Shown here one piece after another: positions 30,092 through 40,637 of a stretch of DNA of 64,000 nucleotides. Location: the NCBI GenBank assembly GCA_964613215.1, contig CAZTHK010000014.1:23216-87215 (forward strand), read 5' to 3'. Origin of the DNA: an uncultured bacterium. Lineage in GTDB: Bacteria; Krumholzibacteriota; Krumholzibacteriia; Krumholzibacteriales; CAZTHK01. The notes under the pieces were generated by a model that had not been told where the DNA came from, did not search any database, and was given only the letters and a program-made list of their open reading frames with translations. Made by a program: the position numbers and the translations under genes. Positions within the stretch are counted from its first letter, which is position 1, and each line of letters begins with the position of its first letter.

Positions 30092-30523
30092 ATGAAAAGA
30101 ACCACAATAATCAAGAAGGATCAGGTTGACAGAAAATGGTTGCTGGTGGATGCGGAGGGAAAGACCCTGGGCCGACTCGCTTCGAGGATTGCTACAATTC
30201 TGAGGGGCAAGAATAAACCTTCATTTGTTCCCTTTATGGATGTGGGGGATTTTGTAGTGGTGATAAATGCCGATAATATAGTATTTACCGGAAACAAGCT
30301 GATGGATAAAAAATACTGGCGTCACAGGGGCTATCCGGGTGGACTGAAGAGATTTAACCTGAAGCAAATCATGGAAAAGGATCCCACTTTCGTGCTCAGG
30401 AATGCAGTGAAGGGTATGCTTCCCCATAACCGCCTGGGCAGAAGGCAGATTAAAAAATTGAAAATCTATGCAGGGCCGGATCATCCCCATCAGGCCCAGA
30501 AACCGGAGAAGGTAGAGGTATAG
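30092..30523 (+). CDS. rplM: 50S ribosomal protein L13
   Basis: ...[26 protein letters not shown]...VVVINA...[12 protein letters not shown]. Confidence 0.97.
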   Translation: MKRTTIIKKDQVDRKWLLVDAEGKTLGRLASRIATILRGKNKPSFVPFMDVGDFVVVINADNIVFTGNKLMDKKYWRHRGYPGGLKRFNLKQIMEKDPTFVLRNAVKGMLPHNRLGRRQIKKLKIYAGPDHPHQAQKPEKVEV

Positions 30524-30561
30524 GCAGAGTTAATTATCAAAGCCGGAGAGGAGGTGGTAAA

Positions 30562-30954
30562 TTGGCCAAGGAATTGTACCATGCTATAGGCAGAAGAAAG
30601 TCGGCTGTGGCGCGCGTTTTCCTGAGTGAAGGAAAGGGAAAGATTGTTATAAACAACAAGAGTATGGACCACTATCTCAACCGCGACAGTCTGAAGATGA
30701 CGGTAACACAACCTTTCGCCGTTACGGGGACGGAAGGTCAGTATGATGTTAAGGCTACCATAAGCGGGGGAGGGCTTTCGGCTCAGGCCGGAGCACTCAG
30801 GCTGGGTATAGCCAGGGCAATGCTGGATTATGACGAGAGTTTTAAGAGGGCGTTGAAGAAGAATGGACTGCTGACCAGAGATCCCAGGAGAAAGGAACGC
30901 AAGAAGTACGGTCAGCCCGGACGTAGAAAGAAGTTCCAGTTCTCCAAGAGATAA
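30562..30954 (+). CDS. rpsI: 30S ribosomal protein S9
   Basis: ...GRRKSAVARV...GGGLSAQAGALRLGIARAL-type motif...LTRDPRRKERKKYG...KFQFSKR. TTG start. Confidence 0.96.
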   Translation: MAKELYHAIGRRKSAVARVFLSEGKGKIVINNKSMDHYLNRDSLKMTVTQPFAVTGTEGQYDVKATISGGGLSAQAGALRLGIARAMLDYDESFKRALKKNGLLTRDPRRKERKKYGQPGRRKKFQFSKR

Positions 30955-31155
30955 TGTAAAAGAACACACATCTCTTCTATAGCCCAGGGTGTTCCCGGGC
31001 GGTACTCATCCAAATTGCGGAGGAGGGGTACTTTGATTTTCAGGTTTATGCCGTTCGGTAGAAGTGGCTGATACTGTACCGGAACGGCCGGAACGCTGCG
31101 GGAATTTACAGCTATAATTACAGAAGAGATGGAGGATTAACCTGAGGAGGGAAAT

Positions 31156-31983
31156 TTGAAATTAACCATAAAAGATATGCTCAAGGCTGGGGTTCATTTT
31201 GGCCATCAGAAGAAGAGATGGAATCCCAAGATGAAGTCCTTTATTTATAAAGAGCAGAACGGCATCTATATAATAGATCTCACCAAAACAAAGAAGATGC
31301 TGGAGGAGGCCTGCAATCATGTCAGGGAGGTGGCCGCTCAGGGCAGGAAGATCATATTTGTGGGGACCAAGAGACAGGCCAAGGACATAGTCAGGGAGGA
31401 AGCGGAAAGATGCGGGATGTATTATGTGAGCGAGAGGTGGCTGGGAGGAACCCTGACCAACTTTCAGACCATAAAGAACAGCATCCACAAGCTGTTAGAT
31501 CTGGAAGCAATGGAGCAGGATGGACGGCTGGAAAAGTTGCCCAAAAAAGAGATACTGGAGGTAAGAAGGAAGAAAGAGAAGCTCCTCAAAATGCTTTCCG
31601 GGATAAGGGATATGAAGAAGATCCCGGCTTCCCTTATCATTATCGATACCATAAAAGAGGATATTGCGGTGAGGGAGGCCAAAAAGCTGGGGCTTCCCAT
31701 TGTTGCCACCGTGGATACCAACTGTGATCCCTATGAGATAGATTATCCGGTGCCGGCCAATGATGACGCCATTCGTTCCATCAGGTTATTCGCCGGCGCG
31801 CTGGCGGATGCCATAGAGGAGGGGGTGGCTCTGTATAACAAGAGCAGGGAGGCGGGGGAAAAGGCCGCCAGGACAGCGGAACAGAAATCAGAAGATAAGA
31901 AGAAGAGAGGGGACAGGGAAAGCAGGAAATCCACCCCGGAGAAAGAGAAAACCAGGCCAGACCGCAAGGAAAGCCAGAAATAA
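31156..31983 (+). CDS. rpsB: 30S ribosomal protein S2, with a basic/acidic C-terminal tail
   Basis: [19 protein letters not shown]..., [27 protein letters not shown] start. Confidence 0.96.
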   Translation: MKLTIKDMLKAGVHFGHQKKRWNPKMKSFIYKEQNGIYIIDLTKTKKMLEEACNHVREVAAQGRKIIFVGTKRQAKDIVREEAERCGMYYVSERWLGGTLTNFQTIKNSIHKLLDLEAMEQDGRLEKLPKKEILEVRRKKEKLLKMLSGIRDMKKIPASLIIIDTIKEDIAVREAKKLGLPIVATVDTNCDPYEIDYPVPANDDAIRSIRLFAGALADAIEEGVALYNKSREAGEKAARTAEQKSEDKKKRGDRESRKSTPEKEKTRPDRKESQK

Positions 31984-32004
31984 TATCAACCTGGAGGGAT
32001 CTAG

Positions 32005-32601
32005 ATGAAGATTACACCCAAGATGGTAAAGGAACTTCGTGACAAAACCGGTGTTGGAATGATGGATTGCAAGAAGGCCCTGGAGAAATCCGAAGGGGAT
32101 ATGGAAGAAGCCATTGTTCATCTCAGAGAAAAGGGATTGTCCAAGGCAGCCAAGAAGTCGGGAAGGGAGGCCAAGGAGGGAAGGATATTCAGCTATGTAC
32201 ATCCCGGATCCAGGCTGGCGGTTATGGTGGAGATAAATTGTGAGACAGAATTCGTGGCTCGAACCGATGATTTTGGAGAGCTTGGCAATAATGTAGCCAT
32301 GCAGGTTGCTGCATTGTCTCCTATGGCTATCCGTAGGGAAGATCTGGATCGGGAAACCATCCAGAAGGAGAAGGAAATCTACAGTAATCAGGCTGTTCAG
32401 GCTGGAAAACCGGAAGAGATAGTGGACCGGATAGTGGAAGGCAAGATGGAAAAGTTCTATCAGGAAAACTGCCTTATGGAACAGAAGTTCGTCAAGAACG
32501 ATGATCTTACTGTAGAGGAGCTGGTGAAGACTGTGATCGGGAAGCTGGGAGAGAACATGGTAATTCGGAGGTTTTGCCGGTTTGAAGTGGGGGAGGAGTA
32601 A
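32005..32601 (+). CDS. tsf: translation elongation factor Ts
   Basis: VKELRDKTGVGMMDCKKAL...EINCETDFVAR-type motif (EINCETEFVART). This is the short (198 aa) form. Confidence 0.95.
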   Translation: MKITPKMVKELRDKTGVGMMDCKKALEKSEGDMEEAIVHLREKGLSKAAKKSGREAKEGRIFSYVHPGSRLAVMVEINCETEFVARTDDFGELGNNVAMQVAALSPMAIRREDLDRETIQKEKEIYSNQAVQAGKPEEIVDRIVEGKMEKFYQENCLMEQKFVKNDDLTVEELVKTVIGKLGENMVIRRFCRFEVGEE

Positions 32602-32643
32602 TTCTGAAAGTTGCTTTATTAAGGATGCTGTGATATTTTTGGG

Positions 32644-32672
32644 CGCAGGAGTTCCGGTTCCTGCGTCTTTTT
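32644..32672 (+). terminator. rho-independent terminator or attenuator between tsf and pyrH
   Basis: The stem CGCAGGA (32644-32650) pairs with TCCTGCG (32659-32665) across an 8-nt loop, followed by TCTTTTT. Confidence 0.6.
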
Positions 32673-32688
32673 GTGAAAGGAGTGTTGG

Positions 32689-33402
32689 ATGAACAGATGT
32701 CCCGGGATTAACAGGATGCTCCTCAAGGTGAGCGGCGAAGTTTTCAAGAGTGAGTCTGACAGTGTCGACTTCAACAAGGTGGAATCCTTCGCCGGTGATC
32801 TGGACTCCGCCTACCGTACCGGAACGGAGATTGCCGTGGTGGTGGGTGGAGGTAACATTATAAGGGGGGGGCTGATCAGTGGTATCGGAGTGGAGAGGGT
32901 AACCGCGGATTATATGGGTATGCTGGGAACTATTATTAACGCCCTGGCTCTGGACAGTGCTCTTAACCGGTTGGGAGTGGAATCCCTGGTGATGACATCA
33001 ATGTCCATGGAACAGCTGGCTGAACCCTACGTGAGAAGAAACGCTATCAGGTATCTGGATGAGGGAAGGCTTATTATACTGGCCGGGGGTACCGGAAATC
33101 CCTACTTTACCACCGACACGGCAGCAGCTCTGAGAGCGGCAGAGATCAAGGCCGATTGTCTCTTCAAGGGAACCAAGGTGGATGGTATCTACAAATCAGA
33201 TCCGGTAGAAAATCCCGAAGCTGAAAGGTATAAGGAACTGAAATACACCGATGTTCTCCGGGATAATCTCGGTGTCATGGACGCAGCTGCGGTGGCCCTG
33301 TGCCGGGATAACAGCATTCCCATTATTGTTTTCAACATTCTGGAATCCGGCAACATCAGAAAGGTTATAGAAGGAGAAGAGCTGGGAACGATCGTATACT
33401 AA
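32689..33402 (+). CDS. pyrH: UMP kinase
   Basis: MLLKVSGE..., VVVGGGNIIRG, TADYMGMLGTIINAL, GGTGNPYFTTDTAAALRA. Confidence 0.96.
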   Translation: MNRCPGINRMLLKVSGEVFKSESDSVDFNKVESFAGDLDSAYRTGTEIAVVVGGGNIIRGGLISGIGVERVTADYMGMLGTIINALALDSALNRLGVESLVMTSMSMEQLAEPYVRRNAIRYLDEGRLIILAGGTGNPYFTTDTAAALRAAEIKADCLFKGTKVDGIYKSDPVENPEAERYKELKYTDVLRDNLGVMDAAAVALCRDNSIPIIVFNILESGNIRKVIEGEELGTIVY

Positions 33403-33413
33403 GGAGGTATCAG

Positions 33414-33977
33414 ATGGATCCGGTGGATGAGATATTCAAGGAAGCCGAAGACCACATGAAGAAGACCCTGCAGTTAAGCGAGGATGAACTGGCTACTATC
33501 AGAACCGGCAAGGCTTCGCCTGCCATACTGGACAGTGTGAAGGTGGATTATTACGGCAGCAGGGTGCCACTGAATCAGGTCGCCAATGTTTCGGTGCCCG
33601 ATCCCAAACTGATCGTCATAAAACCATGGGAAAAGCCGATGGTGCCGGAGATTGCCAAAGCTATACAGACTGCCGATCTCGGTCTGAATCCCCAGAGTGA
33701 TGCCGGTATTATACGTATTCCCCTTCCCTCTCTGACCGAGGAACGGAGGCGGGAACTGGCCAAAGGTGTGAACAACAAAGTCGAGGAAGCCAAGATTGCG
33801 ATAAGGAATATAAGGAGAAACGCCAACGATAAATTGAATAAGCTGGAGAAGGATCATCAGATTTCGGAGGACGACTGCCACAGGTTTCAGGATGATATTC
33901 AGGAACTCACCGACAGGTACACAGAAAAGCTGGATCAGATACTGGAGGCCAAGAATAAGGAGATAATGGAATTTTAA
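33414..33977 (+). CDS. frr: ribosome recycling factor
   Basis: ...LATIRTGKASPAILD...VKPWEK...IRIPLPSLTEERRRELAK. Confidence 0.96.
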   Translation: MDPVDEIFKEAEDHMKKTLQLSEDELATIRTGKASPAILDSVKVDYYGSRVPLNQVANVSVPDPKLIVIKPWEKPMVPEIAKAIQTADLGLNPQSDAGIIRIPLPSLTEERRRELAKGVNNKVEEAKIAIRNIRRNANDKLNKLEKDHQISEDDCHRFQDDIQELTDRYTEKLDQILEAKNKEIMEF

Positions 33978-34006
33978 TCCTTCCCGGCTGAACAGGCAGC
34001 GATTGT

Positions 34007-34786
34007 ATGAGTGACCAGATAGATCGTGATATTGAGAAATTAAGGGGCCGTCAGTGCCTGCCCCGGCATGTAGCCATAATAATGGATGGTAACGGCCGCT
34101 GGGCCAGAAAGCGAAACCTCCCCCGCCTGGCCGGTCACAAGGAGGGAAGGGAGTCGGTCAGGGCTGTAGTGAGGACATCCGCCCGGCTGGGTATTTCATT
34201 CCTTTCCCTTTTTACCTTTTCACTGGAGAACTGGAAGAGGCCTCCCTCCGAAGTGAAGGGGTTGATGCATTTCCTGAAGCAGGTTCTGTACTCCGAATAT
34301 CTGGAGCTGAATCAGAACAATATCAGGCTGGAGGCAACCGGCAGGCTGGAACTGCTACCTCCCCCCACCCTGGAAGCACTGCAGGATACCATGAATAAGC
34401 TGTCCGGCAACGACGGAATGGTTTTAAATCTATGTATAAGCTACGGTGGAAGGGCCGAGATAGTAGACGCAGCGGTGAAAATGGCGGAATCGGCAATGGC
34501 TGGCCATACCGATATTAATTCCATCGATCAGGAGGGGTTCAGGAGATTCCTGTACCAGCCCGGAATGCCGGATCCTGATCTGTTGATCAGGACCAGCGGG
34601 GAAAAGCGAATAAGCAATTTTCTGCTGTGGCAGATTGCCTACAGCGAAATTCTGGTGACTGATGTTCTCTGGCCGGAGTTCAGGGAAAAGGAACTGATTT
34701 GGGCGGTAAGGGAATATCTTACCCGGGAAAGAAGGTTCGGTGGCATTTCTTCCGGAGGGGAAAATGGTTGCAGAGAGCGGAGATAA
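34007..34786 (+). CDS. uppS: di-trans,poly-cis-undecaprenyl-diphosphate synthase
   Basis: HVAIIMDGNGRWA..., FSLENWKRP, IRTSGEKRISNFLLWQIAYSE. Confidence 0.96.
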   Translation: MSDQIDRDIEKLRGRQCLPRHVAIIMDGNGRWARKRNLPRLAGHKEGRESVRAVVRTSARLGISFLSLFTFSLENWKRPPSEVKGLMHFLKQVLYSEYLELNQNNIRLEATGRLELLPPPTLEALQDTMNKLSGNDGMVLNLCISYGGRAEIVDAAVKMAESAMAGHTDINSIDQEGFRRFLYQPGMPDPDLLIRTSGEKRISNFLLWQIAYSEILVTDVLWPEFREKELIWAVREYLTRERRFGGISSGGENGCRERR

Positions 34787-35633
34787 AAAGGAAAAAGGCA
34801 GAAGCGGAGGATCGCTGTTTAAGAGGATACTGGCCTCTGTTATTTTTCTTCCCTGTCTTTTTATTATAACCCGCCGGGGGGGGTTCTACTATGTTATGCT
34901 GATAGATATAATGATTCTGGTGGGACTGTGGGAGTTCTACCGGATGATGGAGGCCAAGGGGCTGCGGCCCTATAAAGTTATAGGGATTCTCAGCGGTATC
35001 GCCCTCTCCTGGTATATCTATTTTCATCAGGGTATATATGCCAACTTCTTTCTGAGTATTGTTTTTATCGGGATAATGTCCCTGGAGCTGGTGCGGCGGG
35101 AGCGAAGATTCGCCACCTATCATATTTCGGTTACCATATTCGGAGTTTTCTACGTTGCCTGGCTGGGCGGCCATCTTATCCTTCTCAGGGAGTTGCCCCA
35201 TCTGAAAGGACTGGATTACCAGCTCGGTTTTTCATACGTTATGATAGTGTTTATCATGACCTGGAGTTACGATACCGGTGCCTATACGGTGGGAAAACTT
35301 ATAGGCAGGCGCAAGATATTCCCCTCCATATCACCCGGAAAGACATTAGAGGGTCTTCTGGGAGGATTGGTCTTTTCGGTGGCGGGTATCCTGGTCGCAC
35401 GTTTTTTGATAGCCGGTTATTTGAGCATCTTTCAGGCGGTGGTACTGGCTGTCATTTCGTCCCTGGTGGGACAGGTAGGTGATCTGGTGGAGTCTATGAT
35501 AAAGAGAGATGCCCGGATAAAGGATTCTTCCGCCACCATCCCCGGCCACGGGGGAGTGCTGGACCGGTTCGATTCCATGCTTTTTACCTCCCCTCTTATT
35601 TACTATATTCTAAGATATTTTATCGTTAAGTGA
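34764..35633 (+). CDS. cdsA: phosphatidate cytidylyltransferase
   Basis: It is polytopic, with the C-terminal signature SMIKRDARIKDSSATIPGHGGVLDRFDS. The ATG at 34764 lies within an ORF open from the GTG at 34740. It overlaps the uppS 3' end by 23 nt. Confidence 0.92.
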   Translation: MVAESGDKKEKGRSGGSLFKRILASVIFLPCLFIITRRGGFYYVMLIDIMILVGLWEFYRMMEAKGLRPYKVIGILSGIALSWYIYFHQGIYANFFLSIVFIGIMSLELVRRERRFATYHISVTIFGVFYVAWLGGHLILLRELPHLKGLDYQLGFSYVMIVFIMTWSYDTGAYTVGKLIGRRKIFPSISPGKTLEGLLGGLVFSVAGILVARFLIAGYLSIFQAVVLAVISSLVGQVGDLVESMIKRDARIKDSSATIPGHGGVLDRFDSMLFTSPLIYYILRYFIVK

Positions 35634-35720
35634 TATGGGCATGACATATGCGTAATTTATTAATTTTATTGGGAACAGAGTTTAATACAGGGGCGGAAGA
35701 ATAGAACAGGGGTAAAGGAA

Positions 35721-36884
35721 TTGAAAAATATCCTGATTCTTGGCAGCACCGGCTCGATAGGTAGATCGGCCATAGATGTTATTCTCAAGGATCCCCGGAA
35801 CTTCCGGGTAGCCGGCCTTGCAGCGGGAGAAAACGTGGATGAAATGGAGAGGCAGTTGAAGCTGTTTCCCCGGGCTGTCTTCTCCATGAAGGATGACCGG
35901 TCGGTGGCGGCACTGGAGGAGAGGGATTACTCCCTGGGCAAGAGGGCCGCCGGGGTGGGCCAGAAAGGAATAGAGAGGCTTATTAAGGAGACTTCGCCGG
36001 ATCTGGTGGTTAACGCCCTGGTGGGCATATCCGGTCTCAGGCCGACCCTCTCCGCCCTGGAGAGTGGCTGTAAGGTTGCTCTGGCCAATAAGGAAGCTCT
36101 GGTAACAGGGGGGGAGCTTATTTCATCACTGGGTGATGCGGTGAGGGAGAATATCATTCCGGTGGATAGTGAGCATTTCTCCATATCCAGATGTATCAGA
36201 GGGTATCGCGGTGAGGTGGAGGAGATTATACTGACTGCATCAGGGGGGCCGTTTTTCGGGAGGGAGCTGTCATCTCTGAAGGATGTCACTGTGGATGAGG
36301 TGCTGGATCATCCCACCTGGAATATGGGAAAGAAGGTTACCATCGACTCCGCCCTTATGCTTAACAAGGGGTTGGAGGTGATAGAAGCACACTACCTTTT
36401 TGATTTTCCCCTGGACCGGATAAAGGTGGTTATTCATCCCCAGTCCAGGGTTCATTCATTCATCCGCCTTTCCGATGGTTCCCTGCTGGCCCATCTCAGT
36501 CCTCCCGATATGAGGCTGCCTTTAATGAGTGCTCTTTATTACCCTGAAATTAATCCATTCCATTGGAATGATCTCTCCCTGGATCATCTCTACAACCTGG
36601 AATTCCATCCCTTCGATAAGGAGAGGTTTCCCGCCTTCGAGCTGGCTATCAGAGCCATCCGCCTGGGTGGTACCGCTCCCACCGTGCTGAATGCGGCGGA
36701 TGAGTTGGCGGTGGAGGCCTTCCTGGGAGGAAGGATAGGATTCCTGGACATTATCTCCTGGATCGGCGAAGCCCTTTCCGCACACCGGACCGGAGAGATA
36801 AATAGAATCGAAGATATTCTGGAAGCAGACCGGTGGACCAGGGAGTTCATATCCCGCAGTCACAGCGAGTCTGTATTGAATTAG
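35721..36884 (+). CDS. dxr: 1-deoxy-D-xylulose 5-phosphate reductoisomerase
   Basis: ILILGSTGSIG..., LANKEALV, PVDSEHFSI, HPTWNMGKKVTIDSALMLNKGLEVIEAH. TTG start. Confidence 0.96.
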   Translation: MKNILILGSTGSIGRSAIDVILKDPRNFRVAGLAAGENVDEMERQLKLFPRAVFSMKDDRSVAALEERDYSLGKRAAGVGQKGIERLIKETSPDLVVNALVGISGLRPTLSALESGCKVALANKEALVTGGELISSLGDAVRENIIPVDSEHFSISRCIRGYRGEVEEIILTASGGPFFGRELSSLKDVTVDEVLDHPTWNMGKKVTIDSALMLNKGLEVIEAHYLFDFPLDRIKVVIHPQSRVHSFIRLSDGSLLAHLSPPDMRLPLMSALYYPEINPFHWNDLSLDHLYNLEFHPFDKERFPAFELAIRAIRLGGTAPTVLNAADELAVEAFLGGRIGFLDIISWIGEALSAHRTGEINRIEDILEADRWTREFISRSHSESVLN

Positions 36885-36894
36885 CGGAGGAATT

Positions 36895-38229
36895 ATGCTG
36901 TCCACAATAATAGCCTTTCTTGTGGTTATAGCCATCGTGGTTTTCGTGCATGAGATGGGACATTTTCTGGTGGCCAAGTTAAACCGGGTTTATGTGATAA
37001 CATTCTCCTTCGGCTTCGGCCCGAAACTTATAAGGCAGAAGATCGGCGAAACGGAGTACGCAGTATCCATACTTCCGCTGGGAGGTTACGTTAAATTCGC
37101 CGGGGAGTCTGAGGATGAGGATGAGGAGGATTCCATTGAACAACAGATCCCGGAGAAGCGGCTGTACCGGGGCAAGAGCCCCCTGCAGAAGATGTCCGTA
37201 GTGGTAGCCGGGCCTGTGATGAATGCTATGTTGGCCCTGGTTTTTCTTGTGGGACTGGTTATGATGCAGGGGCTGCAGGTAAATCCGGAGACTGTAGTAA
37301 AGAAAATGGAGCGGGGAGGTCCGGCCGACAGAGCCGGTATCAGGCCCGGGGACAGGCTGATTTCCATAAATGGAGAGAAGGTGGACTACTGGGAGGAGAT
37401 TTACCAGCTCACTCATTTTGACCGGGAAGAGGATAATATATTTGTTCTGGCCAGAGACGGAGATACCTTGAGGGCAAATTTCCGTCCCCTGTTCAATCGG
37501 GAGAGTAAACAGTGGGAGTTGGGAATGAGCTCCTCGCCAAAACCACGGATAGGTAAGGTTAAAAAGGGAAGTCCTGCTGATAAAGCGGGTATAAAGGCGG
37601 GGGCGGTAATACTCTCCGTAAATGATACCACCATATCCACCTTCCGGGAGCTCACTGAATTCATTCATCCCCATCCGGAGGATTCTCTGAAGATAACCTG
37701 GGAGTATAAGGGGGAGATATATTCCGATATAATCATTCCGGAATCCCAGCAGGGAGCTGAGCAGGGAGAGGAGATCAAAGTGGTGCAGGTGGGCCAGATA
37801 GGGGTAAGGTCATATTCGGAGAAGGTGCCGGTTTCCTTCACCCGGGCAATCCGTTATGCCGCCGGGTATCTTAAGGCTCTGACGGTGATGATAATAGATT
37901 TTCTGTATAAGCTGATAACCGGAAAGGCCCCCTTCGAGGCTCTGGGAGGACCGGTCAAAATAGGTGCCATGGCGGGAGACATGCTTCGCTGGGGACTGGA
38001 CCGGCTGGTTTACTTTATCGCTTTCTTCTCTCTCAATCTGGCTATATTCAATCTGATTCCGCTTCTGCCATTTGACGGGGGACACTTCGTTCTTCACCTT
38101 TTCGAGTTTGTTACCGGCAGGGAGATAAATGAAAGGATCAAGGGAATATTCATGCAGATTGGGATAGTTATCTTTGTAATATTAATGGCCTTTATTATTG
38201 CAATGGATATCTTCAATCTGTTCAGGTGA
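36895..38229 (+). CDS. rseP: RIP (site-2) zinc metalloprotease RseP
   Basis: It has HEMGH in the first TM segment, two PDZ-like segments (GIRPGDRLISING, GIKAGAVILSVND) and a C-terminal NLIPLLPFDGGH. Confidence 0.93.
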   Translation: MLSTIIAFLVVIAIVVFVHEMGHFLVAKLNRVYVITFSFGFGPKLIRQKIGETEYAVSILPLGGYVKFAGESEDEDEEDSIEQQIPEKRLYRGKSPLQKMSVVVAGPVMNAMLALVFLVGLVMMQGLQVNPETVVKKMERGGPADRAGIRPGDRLISINGEKVDYWEEIYQLTHFDREEDNIFVLARDGDTLRANFRPLFNRESKQWELGMSSSPKPRIGKVKKGSPADKAGIKAGAVILSVNDTTISTFRELTEFIHPHPEDSLKITWEYKGEIYSDIIIPESQQGAEQGEEIKVVQVGQIGVRSYSEKVPVSFTRAIRYAAGYLKALTVMIIDFLYKLITGKAPFEALGGPVKIGAMAGDMLRWGLDRLVYFIAFFSLNLAIFNLIPLLPFDGGHFVLHLFEFVTGREINERIKGIFMQIGIVIFVILMAFIIAMDIFNLFR

Positions 38230-38231
38230 GA

Positions 38232-38606
38232 TCACCTTTGATTCTGAGCCTCCCGCCTTCGAATCAGGGTATTTATTCTGTTATATACAGCCAGCCAGCG
38301 CTGGGGATTCTGTTTCAGTTTATCCAGTGTTCTGACCACCCTTACACTGTCGGTCCGGTTTTTGAGCTGAAACAACTTTTTTTCAAGTTTTTCCTGATTA
38401 TCTTGAAGATCGCCTTCAATTTTGGTTATTTTCATGTAGGTAGTTACAAGATAACGTTCATCCGGTGTGAGAGTCTGATTCTTCTTCTGGGAAACACTAT
38501 CTTCCGGAACGCATGAGGAAAGAATAACCAGCAGTACAACCGTGACTACTGGTAAGTGCTTAAAAGGCAGTGATGATAGAGGGGTATTCATATCAGTTCG
38601 CCGCAT
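38232..38606 (-). CDS. small hypothetical lipoprotein
   Basis: It has a signal peptide with the lipobox LSSC (VVLLVILSSCVPE), followed by a charged helical region. It is convergent with rseP. The start may be the internal ATG at 38591. Confidence 0.5.
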   Translation of the reverse strand: MRRTDMNTPLSSLPFKHLPVVTVVLLVILSSCVPEDSVSQKKNQTLTPDERYLVTTYMKITKIEGDLQDNQEKLEKKLFQLKNRTDSVRVVRTLDKLKQNPQRWLAVYNRINTLIRRREAQNQR

Positions 38607-38687
38607 CCGGGATGATTATTCTGGGTCTCCTTATAAGAGCCGTAATTAACTGCCGGCTGCTGGATAGGATACAGATTGGGTGTGTGG

Positions 38688-40622
38688 ATGTCAAATTCAA
38701 TAATTAACGGTTTTAAACGCCCCGGGGGCGGATTTCTCTTCATACCGGCATGCTGCCTGTCTGTTCTGCTTTTTTCCTCCCCCCTCTTTTCTCAGGATTT
38801 TGGTATGAATCTTCCGGTGGTGGAGAGGATAGTAATTCTGGGTAACAAGACCTACGATGATAACACCTTGAAGGAAAAGATGCGTACCAGGGAGAAGAGA
38901 TTCTATCACTTCATCAAACAGCCGAGATTCCGCAGTGATTTTCTAAAACGGGATGTGGATGCCATCAAAACCTTTTACCAGCACAATGGGTTTTTCGGTG
39001 TTGAGGTAGAGATAGATGAAGTGAAGAGGGACCGCAAGAATAATACTGTGAGTATCAGGATAATGATTAATGAGGGACCGCAGACCATAGTAAGAGATTT
39101 GAGTTTTACTCCTCAGAAAGTGGTGGAGAGTGAAGAGTTGCGGGAAGGTATCAAGCTCAGGGAGGGCCAGCCCTATAATCCGAACTTGCTGGAGGTAGAC
39201 CGGTATACCATTTTCAGAAAGTTTTTTGAAAAAGGCTATCTGGGGGCGAGCATCCAGGGAGAGGTGAAAGTGGATTCTTACAGGGTTGGTATCGATTGGA
39301 AGATAGAGCCCGGAGATCCGCTGAGAATAAGGGGAATAGCCATAAAGGGCAACACCGGGGTAAGGGAGGGTTTGGTCAGAAGGGAGCTGACCATCCGGGG
39401 AGGGGAGTATTTCGATCTCAGGAGGGTGCTGGAGAGCAAGCAGAATCTCTATGACACCGGCTATTTCGCTTCGGTGGAGATAGATCCGGTAAATATCGAT
39501 ATGGCCAGCAGGGAGGTGGACCTGCAGATCAAGGTGAGGGAGAGGGATATGGGTTATCTGGAAACAGGTTTGGGAGTGGGAAATGTTCATGGAAACAGGG
39601 TATTCGCCGAGTGGGGACAGCGCAACCTGCTGGGAAGGGGTTATGCCCTGAACCTGAAGACGGATTATGCATTTCGTCTGTTCGAGGAGGGTGAAATATC
39701 ATTCTCCAGGATAGATATGGAGAGGAGCTACTATCACCACGAGGGGGAACTGCGGTTTCCCCATATATTTTCAACCTGGAATACCTTTGCCATGGGTGCC
39801 ATGTATGAGAATGACCAGACCGTGGAGCCGGCCCAGGTTAAGGTTTCCAGCTATAGAGCCAATATTTCCCGGATGTATTCCCGCAAAACTACCCTGCTGC
39901 TGGGATATTCCTACGAAAGGGTCACCCGGCTGGGGGTTCCTGAAGAGAGGGAAAAATCCAGAAGGAGATCACTGCATTTTTCATATAACAGGGACACCAG
40001 GGACTTCTATTTTAATCCCCGCAGGGGAAAATATGTGGCAGTGGAGGGAAGGTATGCCGGTGGTTTCCTGGGGGGGGAGGACCATTACTATTCCCTGGTG
40101 AGTTCATTCCAGAATTATACGGCATTACCCTGGAAGACTGTTTTTGCCTACAGGTTAAGAGCTGGTTTCAGTGAACCATTCGGAGAAAGCCGGGACAGGG
40201 GAATACCAATAGAGAGCCGTTTCTTTATGGGAGGGGGTAATTCGGTAAGGGGTTACAAGGAGAATTCCATCGGGCCGATGGATCAGGGCGGCAATCCCTT
40301 CGGAGGAAGAATCATGCTGCTTACCAATATGGAATTTAGATTTCCCATCCCCTTCTTTTCAGCCGTGAATATCAGCGGGGCAGCTTTTCTGGACGGAGGA
40401 AATGTCTGGAGGAATCTGGATGAGATACAACCGGGACAGTTCAGCATTACGGATCTGGACGAAGATGTTTCCGCCCTCCACTACAGATACAGTTATGGAT
40501 TCGGAATCAGGTATAATACCCCTCTGGGGCCGATAAGACTGGATGTTGGTTTCCCCCTGACGGTGACGGATGATATGGATTATAACTCGTGGATACATAT
40601 AAGCCTGGGACAGATTTTCTGA
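38688..40622 (+). CDS. bamA: Omp85-family outer membrane protein assembly factor (BamA/TamA-like, apparently three POTRA domains)
   Basis: It has a signal peptide, three POTRA-like units (starting near VERIVILGN, IVRDLSF and IRGIAIKGN), then a surface-antigen barrel with FFMGGGNSVRGY, NMEFRFPI, GAAFLDGGNVW and a C-terminal GQIF. The ATG at 38688 lies within an ORF open from the TTG at 38676. It occupies the canonical position after rseP. Confidence 0.85.
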   Translation: MSNSIINGFKRPGGGFLFIPACCLSVLLFSSPLFSQDFGMNLPVVERIVILGNKTYDDNTLKEKMRTREKRFYHFIKQPRFRSDFLKRDVDAIKTFYQHNGFFGVEVEIDEVKRDRKNNTVSIRIMINEGPQTIVRDLSFTPQKVVESEELREGIKLREGQPYNPNLLEVDRYTIFRKFFEKGYLGASIQGEVKVDSYRVGIDWKIEPGDPLRIRGIAIKGNTGVREGLVRRELTIRGGEYFDLRRVLESKQNLYDTGYFASVEIDPVNIDMASREVDLQIKVRERDMGYLETGLGVGNVHGNRVFAEWGQRNLLGRGYALNLKTDYAFRLFEEGEISFSRIDMERSYYHHEGELRFPHIFSTWNTFAMGAMYENDQTVEPAQVKVSSYRANISRMYSRKTTLLLGYSYERVTRLGVPEEREKSRRRSLHFSYNRDTRDFYFNPRRGKYVAVEGRYAGGFLGGEDHYYSLVSSFQNYTALPWKTVFAYRLRAGFSEPFGESRDRGIPIESRFFMGGGNSVRGYKENSIGPMDQGGNPFGGRIMLLTNMEFRFPIPFFSAVNISGAAFLDGGNVWRNLDEIQPGQFSITDLDEDVSALHYRYSYGFGIRYNTPLGPIRLDVGFPLTVTDDMDYNSWIHISLGQIF

Positions 40623-40637
40623 TGAGGATGAAGTTTA